Shown piece after piece: positions 18,353 to 28,610 of a DNA stretch of 32,000 nucleotides (position 1 is the stretch's first letter; every line of letters starts with the position of its first letter). This DNA comes from Synechocystis sp. PCC 6803 substr. PCC-P (GTDB lineage: Bacteria > Cyanobacteriota > Cyanobacteriia > Cyanobacteriales > Microcystaceae): NCBI RefSeq assembly GCF_000284455.1, contig NC_017039.1, forward strand, positions 2,970,001 through 3,002,000, written 5' to 3'. The notes below the pieces were generated by a model. It searched no databases and was not told the origin of the DNA. It saw only the letters and a list, made by a program, of their open reading frames with translations. The position numbers and the translations under genes were made by a program.

Positions 18353-19735
18353 TTATTCAGTCGCCCCAGACTCCGGAATCATTAAGGTAAAAGTTATTAC
18401 GGTCTGGCCTGGCTGGCAGGAGGGCTTTCCCACAACGCTGATTTTACCATTGAGTTGCTCAATTAAAGTGCGGACAATGGTTAGCCCCAACCCCACCCCG
18501 GCGATCGCCGAGTCAATCACCCATTGCTCCCGATAAAAAGGATCAAATAAATGTTGGAGATTGTTGTCATCCACGGCCACAGTCTGATTACTAAAAGTGC
18601 ATTTAATATTTTTTTTAACTTGCATTGAGATTTGCTCACATTGTTCTAAGGTGACCACAATGGAACTATCGGCCACGGCAAACTTTTGTGCATTAGTTAA
18701 CAGTTCTTGGAAAATTTGCCGCAAGTATTTATCATCAGCGGCCACCGAATTAATCCCATGGTCGTAATGAAATTGTATTCTGTGATTGTCTTCCTGCAAG
18801 GGAAAGCAGTGGTCAATCACTTCCTTTAGCAAAATAGTTATATTTAAGTCATAGATTTGTAGTTGATTAACCTCTTGTTTTAGTTGCTTTAATTGTAAAA
18901 TTTTGCTGTTAATATCATTGAGTTTATCCCACGCTTGATCAATAATTACCAATCTTTGTTCTAGCTTTTCTGGGGTGGGGGGAGTGGCGCGCAAAGTTGC
19001 AACTACCATGCGGATGGTGGCCAGGGGGTTGCGGGTCTGATCACTCATGATGGTGATAATATTGTTAATTAATTTCTCATTCCATTGTTTTTGTTGTTCT
19101 AATTGTCGACGACTAGCTTCATACCAGATTTTTAAAATTGGGCTGTCTTCAAAAAAATTGCGGGAAGAATGAAGGGAGCTGATGGGATCAAGTTCAGTAA
19201 GATTTACGGAATGTAATTCTTCTAATAATCCATCATTAGGGAGATTAGTTCCTAATAGTAGTTGATTGATAATTCCCAAATCATTTTGGAGTTTTTGTAG
19301 AGGGAATTGTTGTTGTTTGGACATTGTTTTATCCGTGGCTGGGCAACTATACACCGTTAGAATTAGCCCATTTTCTTTGCCTTGGAAAAACGTTTTGATC
19401 CCCTCCACCCTAGGGCAAGATAAATGAAAAAATTCTTGCCACAATGGCCATTCCGTTGCGGTCAACGTTAATCCTTCCCCATTGGCGATCGCCTCCATAA
19501 TCTGGGGAGAGCAATGCTGCCAAAAGTCTTCGCTGGGCCAACGGCCATGCTTGCCGGCCAAGGACCAAAACCACGGCTGGGCCTGGCCCACCACCCACAC
19601 CACCACCTCCGACTGTAGGGCCAGGGCTAATTTCTGAGCTAGCAAAACAGGCACCGGTTCGTTCCCTGGAGGAAGACAAACGAGATCAATGAGGGATTTG
19701 CCAAGGGACGCATAGTGGATTGCCATTCGTATCAA
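18353..19735 (-). CDS. Histidine-kinase-like protein with non-canonical H-box (Asp instead of His) and degenerate G1 box (460 aa)
   Basis: The DHp-like segment IITIMSDQTRNPLATI aligns to the canonical SHELRTPL with His replaced by Asp. An N-box (LLTNAQKF) and a G2 box (GVGLGLTIV) are present. The G1 DxGxG position reads SNQTVAV. Confidence 0.8.
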   Translation of the reverse strand: MIRMAIHYASLGKSLIDLVCLPPGNEPVPVLLAQKLALALQSEVVVWVVGQAQPWFWSLAGKHGRWPSEDFWQHCSPQIMEAIANGEGLTLTATEWPLWQEFFHLSCPRVEGIKTFFQGKENGLILTVYSCPATDKTMSKQQQFPLQKLQNDLGIINQLLLGTNLPNDGLLEELHSVNLTELDPISSLHSSRNFFEDSPILKIWYEASRRQLEQQKQWNEKLINNIITIMSDQTRNPLATIRMVVATLRATPPTPEKLEQRLVIIDQAWDKLNDINSKILQLKQLKQEVNQLQIYDLNITILLKEVIDHCFPLQEDNHRIQFHYDHGINSVAADDKYLRQIFQELLTNAQKFAVADSSIVVTLEQCEQISMQVKKNIKCTFSNQTVAVDDNNLQHLFDPFYREQWVIDSAIAGVGLGLTIVRTLIEQLNGKISVVGKPSCQPGQTVITFTLMIPESGATE

Positions 19736-19882
19736 TCAACAATTGGATAACTTTCACGCACCAGCTAACTCCCCAGGATATGGGTAAAAATTGGCTTCTG
19801 ACCCCAGTATAATTCCCTAAATAGAAGGAACAATTGTGGTATGTTGAGGGGCAACGGTAATAGGTCAAGGTAGGGGAAACGG

Positions 19883-20518
19883 GTGTCCACACCAAAGATT
19901 TTGGCAGTAGTTAACGGCAAGGGCGGCGTTGGCAAAACCACAACCGCAGTTAACCTGGCCGCAATTTTAGCGGAAAAGCGATCGGTACTTTTGGTGGATG
20001 CGGACCCCCAGGGCTCTGCCAGTTGGTGGGTGGAACGCAGTGGAGACAAAATGGGTTTCCATCTCAGCCAAGAAAATAATCCCCAGGCATTGAAGGACTT
20101 GCCCCAGGTGGATGACTACCAAATTATTGTCGTGGACACACCTCCGGCCCTCCGTTCCGAGGCATTAAGGACGGTCATTGGTCTAGCTGATTATCTAGTA
20201 TTGCCGACGCCCCCGGCCCCCATGGATTTGACGGCGTTGATCGACACAGTAAAAACCGCTGTTAATCCCCTAAGGGTGGCCCATCGGGTGCTGTTGACCA
20301 AGGTGGACTCCCGCAGTCTGAATGAAACCCTCGAAGCTCAAAATACCCTCCTGGAACTGGGGATTCCTGCCTACCATGCCTTTGTGCGGAGCTATAAAGC
20401 CCATGAGCGGTCTGTGTTGGATGGTATGGCCATTACCCAATGGAAAGGCAAAAACGCGAAGGAGGCCCAATCGGATTATCGACGGGTGGCGGATGAACTT
20501 TTGCGAGAATTACTCTAG
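19883..20518 (+). CDS. ParA-family ATPase (211 aa), McdA-like candidate
   Basis: GTG start. Deviant Walker [23 protein letters not shown] carries the signature Lys. [11 protein letters not shown] (A') and IIVVDTPPA (Walker B) are also present. A coiled-coil partner gene follows 111 nt downstream. Confidence 0.85.
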   Translation: MSTPKILAVVNGKGGVGKTTTAVNLAAILAEKRSVLLVDADPQGSASWWVERSGDKMGFHLSQENNPQALKDLPQVDDYQIIVVDTPPALRSEALRTVIGLADYLVLPTPPAPMDLTALIDTVKTAVNPLRVAHRVLLTKVDSRSLNETLEAQNTLLELGIPAYHAFVRSYKAHERSVLDGMAITQWKGKNAKEAQSDYRRVADELLRELL

Positions 20519-20629
20519 GTTCTGGGCTGTGTTGGTCGAAATTTACCGAGTCTATTTTCCCAACCTAAACCCAGAGTTTGATCATTGACTCTTAACACCT
20601 ATAAATATTTATAGATTTTCCCTTTAACT

Positions 20630-21151
20630 ATGGCCAGAAAAAGCTTATCGGATCTGCTCAAACAAGAAGTTAAAGCCCAGTCCCAACCAGAGTTAGATGC
20701 TGGTATTTCCCCTGATCTCGAGCCAACTCCAGAGGCTTCTGTGCCTGAACCTACAGCAGATTTGGCCGAGCTTCAAGCCCAGTTGAACAGCATTAAAGCG
20801 GCGCTGCAAGCGGAAAAAAATCAAGGGGAAAAGCTAAAAGAGCAGTTACAACAGGAAAAGAAGGCTCAGGAAAAGGTTAAACAACTAGAACAAAGTTTAA
20901 AACAAGAACAGGCCAGGGTGAAAGAGCTCCAGAACGAAGTTCAATTGGTGGAGAAACTACAAACGGAACTGAAGGAAGAAAAAAATTTGGTGGGCAAACT
21001 GTATAGCAAAATTCAAGATTTGGAAGAGGATTTAGCTCCCCAAGTCAGCGCGGCCCTTACCACCCTCCCCAGGGCCATGCCTGTCCGTTACGTCGCTCCC
21101 AAACAACCTCCCACCAATTTGAGCGATGAAGACATTGGTTGGTTCGATTAA
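20630..21151 (+). CDS. Q/E/K-rich coiled-coil protein with C-terminal Trp (173 aa), McdB-like (type 2) candidate
   Basis: The N-terminal ~50 aa are acidic, Pro-rich and probably disordered. The centre has ~80 aa of heptad-like Q/E/K repeats (LQAEKNQGEKLKEQLQQEKKAQEKVKQLEQSLKQEQARVKELQ). The C-terminus is ...NLSDEDIGWFD. I see no HTH or RHH motif. Confidence 0.6.
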   Translation: MARKSLSDLLKQEVKAQSQPELDAGISPDLEPTPEASVPEPTADLAELQAQLNSIKAALQAEKNQGEKLKEQLQQEKKAQEKVKQLEQSLKQEQARVKELQNEVQLVEKLQTELKEEKNLVGKLYSKIQDLEEDLAPQVSAALTTLPRAMPVRYVAPKQPPTNLSDEDIGWFD

Positions 21152-21332
21152 TTTGACCAAGAGGTGAAATCCTATCTTTTCCATTACCCTACTACGGGCG
21201 ATCGCCAAAATGGCCCTGGACAATGAAAATTTCCCTTGCCATGGGCTAGGATCGATTGCCATGGGGTCGCCGTGGTTCAGTTAACCACCTGACATCAATG
21301 GCAAAGACAACACACCGATTCAAGTTCCGTCA

Positions 21333-21890
21333 GTGGTCATGAGAAACGCTTTAACTATTTTTGCTTTACTCCTTTCGAGCACCGGCATTTTTGTCTCCTT
21401 GGCTAGGGAGGAGTTACGCTGTCGAGTGGGACTAAGCAGTACCGAATGTCCCCCGGCGATCGCCCAGCCGGAGAATAACGCTCCCCAGGATAGTGGTGCC
21501 CAACTGGTCAATTCTGAGTTGCGTCCCATCATCCCCAGCGAGGCGAAGTCCGATAAGAACCCTAATCCCGCCGCTGAAACGGCTAAAGTGCTAGAAACGG
21601 AAGCCACCGAAATAATTGAAGAAAATCTAGTTCCCGTCGGAGAAAATGCTGGGATTCCATCCCCCGATGCCAGTGCTCAGCCTTCTTCACCCCCTCTCCA
21701 TAGTCCCCTGGGCAACCCCATGGAGCAAAAAATTGTAGACACTGCCATTATCAGTAACCCAGCTCCGAAAAAAGCTTTACCCACCGAAGCCCCCATTGCG
21801 CCCCCCGCCAGTAAAAATCCAGCAGAAGATAATCTTATTCCAGTTATTCCAGCGGAAGGGGTAGCTATTCCCGTGGCTCCACCACAGTAG
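21333..21890 (+). CDS. Secreted or membrane-anchored Pro/Ala-rich low-complexity protein (185 aa; the ATG at 21339 is a likely alternative start)
   Basis: N-terminal hydrophobic signal or anchor (ALTIFALLLSSTGIFVSLA) followed by a P/A/E/N-rich sequence with no recognisable domain. Confidence 0.5.
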   Translation: MVMRNALTIFALLLSSTGIFVSLAREELRCRVGLSSTECPPAIAQPENNAPQDSGAQLVNSELRPIIPSEAKSDKNPNPAAETAKVLETEATEIIEENLVPVGENAGIPSPDASAQPSSPPLHSPLGNPMEQKIVDTAIISNPAPKKALPTEAPIAPPASKNPAEDNLIPVIPAEGVAIPVAPPQ

Positions 21891-22012
21891 TGGTAAATTT
21901 GGACGATTAAATGCTAGGTTAAAATTTTCACTTTCCTTGCGCCTAGCCGGATAACCCAGGAACGATAATTTGCAGCAAACCGTCACCGTGGCCTCTACCA
22001 TGGGAGGGTTTT

Positions 22013-23545
22013 GTGATGTTCCGCCCCTTGTCCCGGGCCATTCAGGTGGCAATGTATTATCCTATTCGCATTGTTGCGGCGGCGATTATTTTAACAGCGT
22101 TACTGTTTATTCCCCTGGGGTGGAGTTCCTGGCAAACCTATCTAATTTTTCAAAATACGGTGGCTGTGGATTTTCAACTCCAGGCTCAGGCTGGCAAAAT
22201 TGTCCACTTAGACGAAGTCTTAACCATGTCTTCTCAAATGGCTGCCGCCACAGGGGATTCGGAGTGGGAAGCACGGTATCTCAAATTTGAACCGGAATTA
22301 GGAGCGGCGATCAAGCAAGCCATTGCCATTGCACCAGAAGCCTATGAAGGGGAAGGAGCCCAGGAAACTGAAATCGCCAACAACCGTTTGGTGGTAATGG
22401 AAACAAAAGCTTTTGAGTTGGTGCGGCAGGGAAATTTGTCCCAGGCCCAGGCCATGCTCAACAGCCGGGAATATCTGGGTAATAAACGAATTTACATTGA
22501 CGGCATTGCAAGGAGTGAACTGGCGATCGCCAATCGTATCCAGGCCAACCTAGCTAATTTTCGGCAGACATTATTTTTTGCTAGCACCCTGGCCGTAGTT
22601 AGTTTAATTACCTTAATTCCCCTCTGGGCTGTGGTGCTAAAGGTTTTGCAAATGTATATTAAGGACCGGGAAATAGCCAGACAGGAAGTGCTTAAAGCGA
22701 ACAGTCAACTGGAAATAAAAGTAGCAGAAAGAACAGCAGACTTAGCCAAAGCAAACGAAGCAATTACTGGCCTCAATGCTCAGTTAAAACAGGAAAATAT
22801 GCGATTGGGAACGGAGTTAGATGTAGCGAGAAAATTACAAATGATGGTTTTACCCAAACATGAAGAATTATCAGAAATTACCGATTTAGATATTGCTTGC
22901 TACATGGCTTCGGCCACTGAAGTGGGGGGAGATTATTATGATGTGGTTAAAATCGGTAACCGCATTTTTATTAGCATTGGCGATGTCACTGGCCATGGGT
23001 TAGAAAGTGGAGTAATGGCCATAATGGCCCAAACTGCGATCCAAACTCTGCTAACGGCAGAAATTACGGAAGCAGTGCAATTCCACAATTTACTCAATCA
23101 GGTTCTCTACAAAAATACCCAACGGATGGAACTGAGTAAAAATATGACCCTGGTGATGTTAGATTATCAATCGGGGGAATTAATCCTTAGTGGCCAACAT
23201 GAATCCATTTTTGTGGTTCGTGCTGATGGCGCCATAGAAGAAATAGATACCATTGATTTAGGCTTTCCCCTTGCTTTGGAGAAAGATATTACGACCTTTA
23301 TTGCCCGCACCCAAATTAATTTACATTCAGGGGATGTGGTGGTGCTATACACCGATGGTATTCCCGAAGCAGAAAACGGGGAAAAACAATTTTATGGTTT
23401 GGCAAGATTTCAAGAGGTGCTCATTGCCAACCACCAGTCAACAGCCTTGGAAATTAGTCAAGCAGTGGTGGAGGATTTAATGGCTTATATTGGTGACAGC
23501 CGGGTTTTTGATGACATTACTTTAGTCATTTTTAAAAAAATATAG
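22013..23545 (+). CDS. Membrane-associated PP2C/SpoIIE-type (RsbU-like) protein phosphatase (510 aa; GTG 22013 or ATG 22016)
   Basis: Two TM helices flank a periplasmic-like sensor region, followed by a coiled-coil linker. The SpoIIE domain has GGDYYDV, GDVTGHG and LYTDGIPEA motifs. Confidence 0.88.
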   Translation: MMFRPLSRAIQVAMYYPIRIVAAAIILTALLFIPLGWSSWQTYLIFQNTVAVDFQLQAQAGKIVHLDEVLTMSSQMAAATGDSEWEARYLKFEPELGAAIKQAIAIAPEAYEGEGAQETEIANNRLVVMETKAFELVRQGNLSQAQAMLNSREYLGNKRIYIDGIARSELAIANRIQANLANFRQTLFFASTLAVVSLITLIPLWAVVLKVLQMYIKDREIARQEVLKANSQLEIKVAERTADLAKANEAITGLNAQLKQENMRLGTELDVARKLQMMVLPKHEELSEITDLDIACYMASATEVGGDYYDVVKIGNRIFISIGDVTGHGLESGVMAIMAQTAIQTLLTAEITEAVQFHNLLNQVLYKNTQRMELSKNMTLVMLDYQSGELILSGQHESIFVVRADGAIEEIDTIDLGFPLALEKDITTFIARTQINLHSGDVVVLYTDGIPEAENGEKQFYGLARFQEVLIANHQSTALEISQAVVEDLMAYIGDSRVFDDITLVIFKKI

Positions 23546-23735
23546 TTAGCTTCAGCACAAGATTACCCATGTTTTAGATGGAGTTTTTCTTGGTCATGAT
23601 GCTCGCAAGTCTATAATTACTATAAAAATGCCGCGGGAAACAGGGCGCTAATTTTCAGGCCCTGGGACTGTGAAAGCCTTTATAATAGGTTGCCCCTTTA
23701 AAATCGTTTTTTTCCTTTAGTTTTAGCCCCTGAGC

Positions 23736-24461
23736 ATGCCTCGAATACTGATCATTGACGATGACCCGGCAATTTCCGATTTAGTCTCCATTAATTTAGA
23801 AATGGCAGGCTACGATGTCCAACAGGCAGTGGATGGCATCAAGGGGCAAGCGTTGGCGGTGCAACTACAACCGGATCTGATCATGTTGGACTTGATGTTG
23901 CCCAAAGTGGATGGATTTACGGTTTGTCAACGTTTGCGCCGGGACGAACGCACAGCAGATATTCCGGTTTTGATGCTAACGGCGTTGGGTCAGATCCAGG
24001 ATAAAATTCAAGGCTTTGACTCTGGGGCGGACGATTACCTCACTAAGCCTTTCGACGTGGAGGAAATGTTAGCCCGGGTGAGGGCCCTACTGCGACGCAC
24101 CGATCGCATCCCCCAGGCGGCAAAACATTCAGAAATTCTTAACCAGGGACCCCTAACCCTAGTGCCCGAAAGGTTTGAAGCTATTTGGTTTGGTAAAAGT
24201 ATCAAGCTGACCCATTTGGAGTTTGAGTTGCTTCACTGTCTGTTGCAGCGCCATGGGCAAACGGTTTCCCCCAGTGATATTTTGCGGGAAGTATGGGGCT
24301 ACGAACCAGATGATGACATTGAAACCATCCGGGTGCACATTCGTCACCTCCGCACTAAGTTGGAACCGAATCCCCGTCGACCTCGCTTTATTAAAACGGT
24401 GTATGGGGCAGGCTATTGTTTGGAACTGTCAACGGAAGAAGGAGGCGGTAGTCCAACGTAG
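23736..24461 (+). CDS. rpaA: OmpR-family response regulator RpaA (241 aa)
   Basis: The receiver domain [14 protein letters not shown]...[39 protein letters not shown] matches RpaA as I remember it. A C-terminal winged-helix domain is present ([21 protein letters not shown]). Confidence 0.9.
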   Translation: MPRILIIDDDPAISDLVSINLEMAGYDVQQAVDGIKGQALAVQLQPDLIMLDLMLPKVDGFTVCQRLRRDERTADIPVLMLTALGQIQDKIQGFDSGADDYLTKPFDVEEMLARVRALLRRTDRIPQAAKHSEILNQGPLTLVPERFEAIWFGKSIKLTHLEFELLHCLLQRHGQTVSPSDILREVWGYEPDDDIETIRVHIRHLRTKLEPNPRRPRFIKTVYGAGYCLELSTEEGGGSPT

Positions 24462-24522
24462 GTTTTAGCTTAATTTCCAGCCCATTATTCCCATTGCTTT
24501 GCCCTAGATTTGAGTATTTACC

Positions 24523-25269
24523 ATGGCCGTCACTGATTTAAGTTTGACCAATTCTTCCCTGATGCCTACGTTGAACCCGATGATTCAACAGTTGGCCCTG
24601 GCGATCGCCGCTAGTTGGCAAAGTTTACCCCTCAAGCCCTATCAATTGCCGGAGGATTTGGGCTACGTAGAAGGCCGCCTGGAAGGGGAAAAGTTAGTGA
24701 TTGAAAATCGGTGCTACCAAACGCCCCAGTTTCGCAAAATGCATTTGGAGTTGGCCAAGGTGGGCAAAGGGTTGGATATTCTCCACTGTGTAATGTTTCC
24801 TGAGCCTTTATACGGTCTACCTTTGTTTGGCTGTGACATTGTGGCCGGCCCCGGTGGAGTAAGTGCGGCTATTGCGGATCTATCCCCCACCCAAAGCGAT
24901 CGCCAATTGCCCGCAGCGTACCAAAAATCATTGGCAGAGCTAGGCCAGCCAGAATTTGAGCAACAACGGGAATTGCCCCCCTGGGGAGAAATATTTTCTG
25001 AATATTGTTTATTCATCCGTCCCAGCAATGTCACTGAAGAAGAAAGATTTGTACAAAGGGTAGTGGACTTTTTGCAAATTCATTGTCACCAATCCATCGT
25101 TGCCGAACCCTTGTCTGAAGCTCAAACTTTGGAGCACCGTCAGGGGCAAATTCATTACTGCCAACAACAACAGAAAAATGATAAAACCCGTCGGGTACTG
25201 GAAAAAGCTTTTGGGGAAGCTTGGGCGGAACGGTATATGAGCCAAGTCTTATTTGATGTTATCCAATAA
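24523..25269 (+). CDS. pcyA: Phycocyanobilin:ferredoxin oxidoreductase (248 aa)
   Basis: The sequence ([15 protein letters not shown]...[21 protein letters not shown]...LHCVMFP) matches my recollection of Synechocystis PcyA. Its position just downstream of rpaA agrees with that genome. Confidence 0.9.
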
Positions 25270-25424
25270 AAGCACTTCCAGCTTTTAGCGAACATTGCTT
25301 TTTTTAAGAAAATTTAAGCTTCTTATTTTACTATTTGTATGGATTTAAATTAATCTAAACTGGATGTAGGACAAAATTGATTTTTACTAGCCAGAATAAT
25401 TCTTTTATTTAATCCTAATTGGTC

Positions 25425-25445
25425 TTATCCCTCTTTCATCAATCT
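25425..25445. repeat. Left terminal inverted repeat of the IS
   Basis: TTATCCCTCTTTCATCAATCT pairs with the reverse complement of 26800-26820 at 17/21 positions. Confidence 0.45.
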
Positions 25446-25638
25446 AGGCAGAAGAAGAATAGAATGTATTCCATGAATTTAGCAAATACTTTAATCGATC
25501 TAGCTTATCAACCTTGTTGTAAAGTTTAGTTAACTCATCCAAAACATGGGCAAATGGAAATACTTTTAACCACTTTTTAATAAGATTTATTGCATTAAAT
25601 ACAGAGATCACTAATCGTAGGTTGTTTAGCCATTTTTT

Positions 25639-26753
25639 CTACCCTTCTTCTTTATCCCATTTTTCATGCTTTTGATAATACTTTGACGTTGAATTTAGAG
25701 TCGGATTAAAATTCTCATCATAAAAACAAATCATACAATATGCACACATCACTAATTCCCACCATTTTTGAATTTCCTCACAATGAGTTACCCTAAAATC
25801 TGCCCATCCTAATTCACTTTTGCATTGCTCAAATCCATATTCTATCCATGACCTTACTCCATATATTCTGCCAACTTCTTTATATTTAATATCTGGTATT
25901 CGAGTCATTACAAACCATCCTGCTTTTTCGTCCTCTTTTTCTGTTTCTGTTTTAATTTCCCAATATCTTATTGCGCTTTTTTTACCATAAACTATTTCTC
26001 TGATATACCTATCTTCCTGTTTTCCATCCCATCTTATGTGTTCAAACCTCCTCCACTTATTTGCCCTTACTTTAGCTTCCTTTGGAAGCCAGACCCCATG
26101 ATTGCTCCGGATCCCACTGCATATTCTATTTTTAATTCCTCTACAGCACTGATAAAATTGCTATGGCTTTCTCCATATAAGCTATCTGACACTATTCTTT
26201 TTATTTTAAAACTACTTTCTTCTAGTTCTTTTATTATCTCTACTGCTAATTCTGGCTTTGTTTTATACTTATCTCCCTCTTTTAATCTTTCTTTTGGTTT
26301 AAATACTTTTGATTCTAGAGGAAACGTTACCCCATCGCAGTAAACATAGGCATTTACTGACACTATACCGCTTTCTATTTTTCCTAAATTTCCAATATAT
26401 TGTCTTTTTACATAATCTGTTATTTTCCCTTTTTTGGGGTCTCCTGTTTCATCTATTATTACTATTATTTCTCTTCCTTCTAAAACTTCTAAGATAATAT
26501 TTAATCTTCTTTTTTCTAATTCTTTTAGTTCCCAAGGAGAATCTGTCATGAAATGCAGTAGTCCCTGTTCATTTTTCAATTCTAGTGATGATGCTATTGC
26601 AGGTAAACTCTTTCTTTTTATATCACTTAATATTCCCACAATGATATATCTAAATGACTCATAAGACCTCACTTCTGGAAATATATCTTTATACAGTTCA
26701 CTATATGTGTCTACACACTGTACTGTCTTTTTCGCCTCTCTTGTCTTTGTCAT
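25639..26753 (-). pseudogene. IS701-like DDE transposase interrupted by a -1 frame change near 26112-26120
   Basis: The 228-aa ORF (26753..26067) contains ...LPAIA...IIDETGDPKKG...RQYIGNLGKI...SDSLYG. By hand translation, the frame of the 89-aa ORF (25908..25639) stays open upstream to at least 26160, reading ...SGIRSNHGVWLPKEAKVRANKWRRFEHIRWDGKQEDRYIREIVYGKKSAIRYWEIKTE...MTRIPD. The two frames overlap over 26067-26160, so a single protein of ~375 aa needs a 1-nt correction. Confidence 0.75.
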
Positions 26754-26799
26754 TCTCCCTCCGGGCTTTTCAGCCTTTTATCTCCATTTTAATTCCCTC

Positions 26800-26820
26800 A
26801 GTCTGACGGAAGAGGGATAA
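26800..26820. repeat. Right terminal inverted repeat of the IS
   Basis: AGTCTGACGGAAGAGGGATAA is the reverse-complement partner of 25425-25445. Confidence 0.45.
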
Positions 26821-26907
26821 TGATTATCGATCAAGCAAAACTGTGATTCACGGGATTGGCGATCGCCTAAGGAAGAGATGGGGATAGAGAAATGATGCTA
26901 GAATTTG

Positions 26908-28388
<1,481 letters not shown>

Positions 28389-28566
28389 CAGTTAGCTTGC
28401 CCTCCCAATTTAATTAGCTCTGGCTATGGCAACTTTAGGAAGTAGATTAAGTTGTTACTGATTAATTCCGAGAAAAAATATTTGCGGAATTTTCGTTTGT
28501 TCTCTAAATCTATCCATTGGAGCAACCAGAAGGCTGAGAAATAAGGGAGGCAGAGTCTGACCATAG

Positions 28567-28600
28567 AGGTGGGTTCAGGCCCACCTTTCTAGTTTTTAAT
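28567..28600 (+). terminator. Rho-independent terminator-like hairpin with T tract
   Basis: AGGTGGG-TTCAGG-CCCACCT forms a perfect 7-bp stem (28567-28586) and is followed by TTCTAGTTTTTAATTTT. It lies 179 nt after the thiC stop and ~10 nt before the YihY-family start codon. Confidence 0.6.
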
Positions 28601-28610
28601 TTTGATCTGA

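Larger units (their letters stand above)
25425..26820 (-). mobile_element. IS701-family-like insertion sequence (~1.4 kb) with imperfect terminal inverted repeats
   Basis: AT-rich block; one sample line counted 18/60 G+C. It contains a DDE transposase reading frame. The termini TTATCCCTCTTTCATCAATCT (25425-25445) and the reverse complement of 26800-26820 (TTATCCCTCTTCCGTCAGACT) match at 17 of 21 positions, including the first 11. I could not see a target-site duplication, so the exact ends are uncertain. Confidence 0.65.

Noticed and set aside
22013-24461. A possible functional link between the PP2C/SpoIIE phosphatase gene and the adjacent rpaA response regulator gene.
   Set aside because: The genes are separated by 190 nt containing TATAAT-like elements. 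PP2C enzymes act on phospho-Ser/Thr, not phospho-Asp. Nothing in the sequence beyond adjacency supports a link.
25977-25983. A T7 run (A7 followed by G on the minus strand) inside the IS, considered as a programmed -1 frameshift site.
   Set aside because: It lies downstream of the stop codon that ends the first transposase frame (26064-26066). The second frame is already open well upstream of the run, so it cannot be where the two frames are joined.
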